Source: Planctomycetaceae bacterium (lineage in GTDB: Bacteria > Planctomycetota > Phycisphaerae > Sedimentisphaerales > Anaerohalosphaeraceae). From it: DNA of 64,000 nt. Of the stretch, positions 60,063-64,000 are shown in pieces. The notes below the pieces were generated by a model. It saw only the letters and a program-made list of their open reading frames with translations. It searched no databases and had not been told where the DNA came from. The translations under genes and the position numbers were made by a program. The stretch lies in the NCBI GenBank assembly GCA_021372945.1, contig JAJFTK010000139.1:53970-117969 (forward strand). The letters run 5' to 3'. Numbering within the stretch: the first letter of the stretch is position 1; each line of letters begins with the position of its first letter.

Positions 60063-60124
60063 GATCATATCTCCTTGCGTTCTATACTGACTTATCTTCA
60101 TCATCACGTTCCAAATCGCCCGGC

Positions 60125-62275
60125 TTAAAGGCAATCCGGATAGATCCCGCAGCCGAGCCAATCGGCCGCCATCCCGCTGAGTTCGTAAATATCCACTCTG
60201 CAGTCGGGCGTTCCCGCCGGACCTGTCAGGTCATAGGCCGGGCTTTCCTGGCAGAATACGCCGCCTGTTACGAGCGTGTACTTCTGCGCGATCTCGTCGG
60301 CGGTCAGGGCATAATTGTAAACCTGGATGTCATCCATGAGGCCCTGGTAATATGCATCGGCGGTCCAGTTGCTGCGGCCGATGTAATTGAGCGTGCGGAC
60401 AACCGTATTGGGCAGTGTCACCGTGCCGGTCTGTATGGCCGCGCCGTTCTTGTACATGACGACGTCGCCTTCACGGTCCATCGTGACCGAGAGCATCTGC
60501 CACTCGCCGGATGTGACTGCGTTGACGGCATCGACGCTGGAGGCAACCGTGCCGCTGTAAACGCTCAAATGCAGCGTATCGGCAGTGCCGGCGCGGCTCA
60601 GGTAGATGTTGTCGTCTGGGGCGCCGTTGCCGAAATCGAGGAACCTGGCCCATGAGCCCGCAGCGGTCGGCTTGGCCCAAAGCGTGAAGGTCAGCCCGCC
60701 GCCGAACGAATCCATGCCGTCAGGAAGATCCACATAGGTGTCGGTTCCGTTAAACAGCAATGCATCGGTTCCGACTTTTCTGTCGGTATCGAACACAGCC
60801 GTTCCGCCTGCGGTACCATTATAGAGAGCGTCCGGAGAGGAATCGTTGACATTGCCGTCCAGTGTCCAGTACGCGATCTGTTTTTCGATAAAGAGTGTGG
60901 CGCTGCGCGATTGGATCGTCTTTGCCGTGGCGGTGACGGTCACGACACAGTAATAAGTGCTCCTGTCATCGTCGGCCAAAGCAGTGCGCGCGTATTGGGC
61001 GGAGGTTTGGCCCGCCAGGACACTGCCGTTGCGGTACCATTGGTAGGTCATCCCGGTGCTATCGCCAGTGAGCGGATTTATCGGGGCAACCGTAAAGGCC
61101 GCCTGTTCGCCGACGGCCACCGATGCATCGCGCGGATAGGTCGGATCCAACTGCGCCCTCTTCAGTTCGGTCGCGAAGGACCAGACGGTACCGGTAATAT
61201 TATTGGGATCGGCAGGATTGGCCATGATCTCATCGACCCGCCAGTAATACACGGCATCCGATTCAAGCAGGGCGCCGAGTGTTAAAGACGCGCTGGGGTC
61301 CACATTGCCGTCGGCAGGATCGATATCGGAAGCGATCAGCGCAGGCGCAATATCCAGCAGGTTCGGGTCGCTGGGACGACTCAGATAAAGATAGTGATAC
61401 GTGATGTCGGGGTTGGGAATCGTAGAGCCGGGATTCAGCGGATCATTGATCCCGCCGGCGTCCCAGCTTAAGGTCACCGCCGCATCCGTATCGATGCCGG
61501 CGGCGCCATCGGCCGGGTCCGGGTTAGAAACGCCGGATCGCAGCGGATCGATCTTTATCACAAACACCCTGTCGCCGGCCTGCGCGGTCATCGCATTATT
61601 GCCGATTCCGTTTGCCCCGCTGGAGTAGGCAGCGCCGCCCGAATACGGATTGCCGCCGGCGGCGGCGTCTCGAATGCCAAGCAATTCGAAGAAACCGCCC
61701 GCTGCCCCCACGTCAAAACCATACGCTGTGTTCGGTGCAAGAACGCGGGGATTATCCAGTTGAATATAGAGCCATGTACCCGGACCGTCGGCGCTGTTTC
61801 CGGAGGCGGGGAAATCCGGCTCGAGGCCGGTAAAGGCGTAGGTCTCGTTGTGTAATACAAAGCCTGCGGTTCCGGCCGCCACGGGATTGGTGATACGGAT
61901 CATCAACTGATTGCCGGCCGCGATCCCCCAATACGTGTTGTTCACGGCTTCACCGCCGGGATTGCTGCCGAAATAGCCCGGCAGCCGGACCCAGACGCCT
62001 GCCAACATCTTCGGTACACTTCCCGTGACAAAGGTCTGTCCCTGTGCAGAACGATCCGGCGCGACATAGGTTGCGCCATCGTTGCCGGGACCATCCGTCG
62101 TACCGTCTCCTGCCACATTGTCACGGTCCTGGGCCGCGCCCAAAACATTGGCAATGCTATCAAAGTCATTGACGTCAGACGGTGTACCCACGGAAAAGCT
62201 GACGGTTGCAGACCACGCAGCCGAAGTTCCTAGGGATAGAATCATAAGAATGAACCACAATCTGTCTTTTCGCAT
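60125..62275 (-). CDS. secreted protein, paralog of 57987-60062 (unknown N-domain, Ig-like, LamG, dockerin-like tail)
   Basis: Start MRKDRLWFILMILSLGTSAAWS (AGGAG RBS). YQWYRNGSVLAG...STYYCVVT. LamG (LTFTLWAKPTAAGSWARFLDFGNG...GLMDDIQVYNYALT). Tail TPDCRVDIYELSGMAADWLGCGIYPDCL. Confidence 0.85.
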   Translation of the reverse strand: MRKDRLWFILMILSLGTSAAWSATVSFSVGTPSDVNDFDSIANVLGAAQDRDNVAGDGTTDGPGNDGATYVAPDRSAQGQTFVTGSVPKMLAGVWVRLPGYFGSNPGGEAVNNTYWGIAAGNQLMIRITNPVAAGTAGFVLHNETYAFTGLEPDFPASGNSADGPGTWLYIQLDNPRVLAPNTAYGFDVGAAGGFFELLGIRDAAAGGNPYSGGAAYSSGANGIGNNAMTAQAGDRVFVIKIDPLRSGVSNPDPADGAAGIDTDAAVTLSWDAGGINDPLNPGSTIPNPDITYHYLYLSRPSDPNLLDIAPALIASDIDPADGNVDPSASLTLGALLESDAVYYWRVDEIMANPADPNNITGTVWSFATELKRAQLDPTYPRDASVAVGEQAAFTVAPINPLTGDSTGMTYQWYRNGSVLAGQTSAQYARTALADDDRSTYYCVVTVTATAKTIQSRSATLFIEKQIAYWTLDGNVNDSSPDALYNGTAGGTAVFDTDRKVGTDALLFNGTDTYVDLPDGMDSFGGGLTFTLWAKPTAAGSWARFLDFGNGAPDDNIYLSRAGTADTLHLSVYSGTVASSVDAVNAVTSGEWQMLSVTMDREGDVVMYKNGAAIQTGTVTLPNTVVRTLNYIGRSNWTADAYYQGLMDDIQVYNYALTADEIAQKYTLVTGGVFCQESPAYDLTGPAGTPDCRVDIYELSGMAADWLGCGIYPDCL

Positions 62276-62422
62276 GATCAATTCTCCTTGCCAGAATATT
62301 TTGCCGATAATTACGAATCTTATAAAAGCTCGGGATGCCATACAGTTTTGAACTCCTCCGGTTTGTGCCTTCTCATTCGCTCACCGCTGGTGCGGCGTCA
62401 GATTCTCTAGGGGATGTCTTAT

Positions 62423-62448
62423 GTGGGCCGCCCTTTCGGGCGACCCAC
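62423..62448 (-). other. 11-bp GC-rich intergenic stem-loop with a tetraloop and no U-tract
   Basis: Minus strand reads GTGGGTCGCCC-gaaa-GGGCGGCCCAC, about 55 nt after the PEP-CTERM gene stop. Confidence 0.6.
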
Positions 62449-62500
62449 AGATTTGCATCTTTATCTATGCACAGTGCTTCTTGTCTTTGAAGCAAAGCCT

Positions 62501-63199
62501 CTAACCGCGGCGTTTGAGCAGAAGTCCGCCCAGTGCAAGCAGCAGCATCGAGGCCGGTTCCGGAACGATTGTGACATTGTCCAAAATGGGCCATGATTCC
62601 GTTGTGCCTGCGTTATAGCCATTGAAGCGCAGGAAGAGTTCCTGCGAGCCGGCTCCGGAAATATCGAGCGAGGCTGCCGCATTGACGATCAGACCGTCAA
62701 CGCCGGTCGAGGTCATTGTAAACGATACTGAGTCGAGCAGGATAACGCCGGCGGCGCCGCGCACGTCGATGCCATCGGCTGCGGTAAATCCACCCAGGCC
62801 GTCATAGGCATAGATGCCAACGGTCAAACCGAGTTGGCGTCCGCCGGGATCGTCGTTGGGGGCTCCCCAGTCGAAACCAATCTGAACCGGGGTCAAACCA
62901 TCCGCCGTTCCGATGCTCTGGTAAAGATAGCCACCATCATCAGAATTAGTAGAAGGCATCCCGAAATCATCCGATTGAAACGAAGAAAATACCACGACAT
63001 TGGTCCCGTTTGGAGTAATCCAACCAGCATTGGTCTGCCATGAGCTTTCCCAGAAATTACCCGGGTTGTAGTCAAACCAGCCGGTTACGTTGTCCAGATT
63101 CGATCCGCCGCCTGTCTCAAAATCACCATTGGTAATAGACACCCCCTGCGCCATCGATACCATACTTGCACACACTAAAACCATCACTACTTTTCTCAT
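62501..63199 (-). CDS. PEP-CTERM-anchored protein with a CBM-like jelly-roll N-domain
   Basis: Start MRKVVMVLVCASMVSMAQG (GGAGGA RBS). ITNGDFETGG...W... resembles CBM4/9-type openings. C-terminal VPEPASMLLLALGGLLLKRRG is a canonical PEP-CTERM sorting signal. Confidence 0.88.
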   Translation of the reverse strand: MRKVVMVLVCASMVSMAQGVSITNGDFETGGGSNLDNVTGWFDYNPGNFWESSWQTNAGWITPNGTNVVVFSSFQSDDFGMPSTNSDDGGYLYQSIGTADGLTPVQIGFDWGAPNDDPGGRQLGLTVGIYAYDGLGGFTAADGIDVRGAAGVILLDSVSFTMTSTGVDGLIVNAAASLDISGAGSQELFLRFNGYNAGTTESWPILDNVTIVPEPASMLLLALGGLLLKRRG

Positions 63200-63262
63200 C
63201 TTTCGATCCTCCACATAAAATAAAGGTTATTAAAAAATACTGCTGCATCAACAGCTTTTCAC

Positions 63263-64000
63263 TCACTTGAGTTCTAGCGTCGGCTCGGCAAAAATGCACC
63301 AGTCGCACGAAATGGAGCGCCGGTAGAAACCTTCCTCCGGGTAATCGGCGTCTCCGCCGTCGGTCGTCACCAGCGACAGAAAACGGGCAGTATCCTTAAT
63401 CTCAACCGACACGTCGTTCAGCACGCCTTTTTCCTTGTATTGCTTGAGCGAATAACAGACTTTGCCGTCGAGCAGCACATAGAAGTCGGCATTCGCCGGA
63501 CAGTTTTCGTTGAAATCGGCAATTCCAATTTGGCATGTAAACCGGTCAATGCCGCGATGATAGTTCGTACGAATGGCATCAAGATCGAACGTGAGCCCGC
63601 GATTGGCGTGCATGACGATACACGCGTTACCGCTTTCCTCGGTATAGTCCCGTCCGTCGAATCGAATTGTCCCTTGGCGATACTCGGTCTTCAGGATCTC
63701 GGCCTTCGGATTGGCGAACAGATCCACGTCAAACAAGCCGCTGGTATCCGGGCACTCCCGGAAGAGATCGCCCCGACTGCTGACAATCTGAGGTTTGTCG
63801 CCATCCGGCACAAAAATGCCGTCGATAAACGGGTGCTCCGCAATGGACAAGTACTGCCTCGGACCGGCCGCTACGCCGTTGTGCCAATCGGTCGTGAATC
63901 CCTTGACCGGGTCCAATCGTACGCTGGAATTGCCGGTTCCCAGCCCGTTACCGTTTCTGACCATATCGGCCAGATCCAGCGAGGGTTGCTCTCTCCATAC
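63263..64000 (-). CDS. FecR-family anti-sigma factor with an NPCBM-like C-terminus, partial (N-terminus lies right of the window)
   Basis: The frame stays open to base 64000 (VWREQPSLDLADMVRNG..., aligning with LMWQGQMYFSLADAVGGG of the 20488 protein). The C-terminus (VMHANRGLTFDLDAI...FYVLLDGKV...RFLSLVTTDGGD...DWCIFAEP) is paralogous to 20488-22140. Confidence 0.8.
   Translation of the reverse strand, partial: VWREQPSLDLADMVRNGNGLGTGNSSVRLDPVKGFTTDWHNGVAAGPRQYLSIAEHPFIDGIFVPDGDKPQIVSSRGDLFRECPDTSGLFDVDLFANPKAEILKTEYRQGTIRFDGRDYTEESGNACIVMHANRGLTFDLDAIRTNYHRGIDRFTCQIGIADFNENCPANADFYVLLDGKVCYSLKQYKEKGVLNDVSVEIKDTARFLSLVTTDGGDADYPEEGFYRRSISCDWCIFAEPTLELK

Overview
64-kb chromosomal segment, coded mostly on the minus strand and G+C-rich by eye. 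No rRNA, tRNA, CRISPR array, transposase or integrase was recognised. Gene content (ECF sigma/FecR pairs, LamG-Ig-dockerin-like exoproteins, a PEP-CTERM protein, GH127 and GH99-like enzymes, a flagellum, hyp genes) suggests a PVC-superphylum bacterium of the Phycisphaerae/Lentisphaerota/Kiritimatiellota type; this is inference only. Layout: (1) 1-14.1 kb holds a partial PAS histidine kinase and a flagellar region. It contains two tandem flagellin-fliS modules with sigma-28-type promoters, then flgB-flgC-fliE-fliF-fliG-fliH-fliI-fliJ-motE-like behind a perfect sigma-54 promoter, and a divergent fliK-like gene plus a small FlgM-like gene. (2) 14.1-19.8 kb is housekeeping (bioB, HYExAFE-like, Rnk-like, hisS, YkgJ-like, SGNH hydrolase, RNase H-like exonuclease). 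(3) 19.9-27.8 kb holds an ECF sigma, a FecR-type anti-sigma with an NPCBM-like C-terminal module, a LamG/Ig exoprotein and a large glycosidase with CBMs and a dockerin. (4) 27.8-30.4 kb holds a translationally coupled pair: a secreted beta-propeller-like protein and an NlpC/P60 peptidase. (5) 30.8-33.5 kb is a low-GC two-gene islet (GmrSD-type nuclease plus pRiA4b-ORF3/MM3350-like protein), bracketed by 24-bp direct repeats that duplicate the 3' end of comM. This is the best candidate for something new. (6) 35.0-35.5 kb holds an orphan promoter-terminator unit (candidate sRNA) and a 35-nt tandem repeat. (7) 35.5-41.2 kb is hypFCDEAB, followed by a hybrid GAF histidine kinase, ligA, a C1 peptidase-beta-helix protein, a metallophosphoesterase, miaB, an APC permease and an O-methyltransferase. 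(8) 52.7-64.0 kb is a second glycan locus: partial FecR/NPCBM-like anti-sigma, PEP-CTERM protein, two LamG/Ig paralogs, a GH127-LamG fusion and a GH99-like protein. All family calls come from motif recognition by eye. Several starts were moved inward from the ORF track, which uses the longest ORF and alternative start codons.
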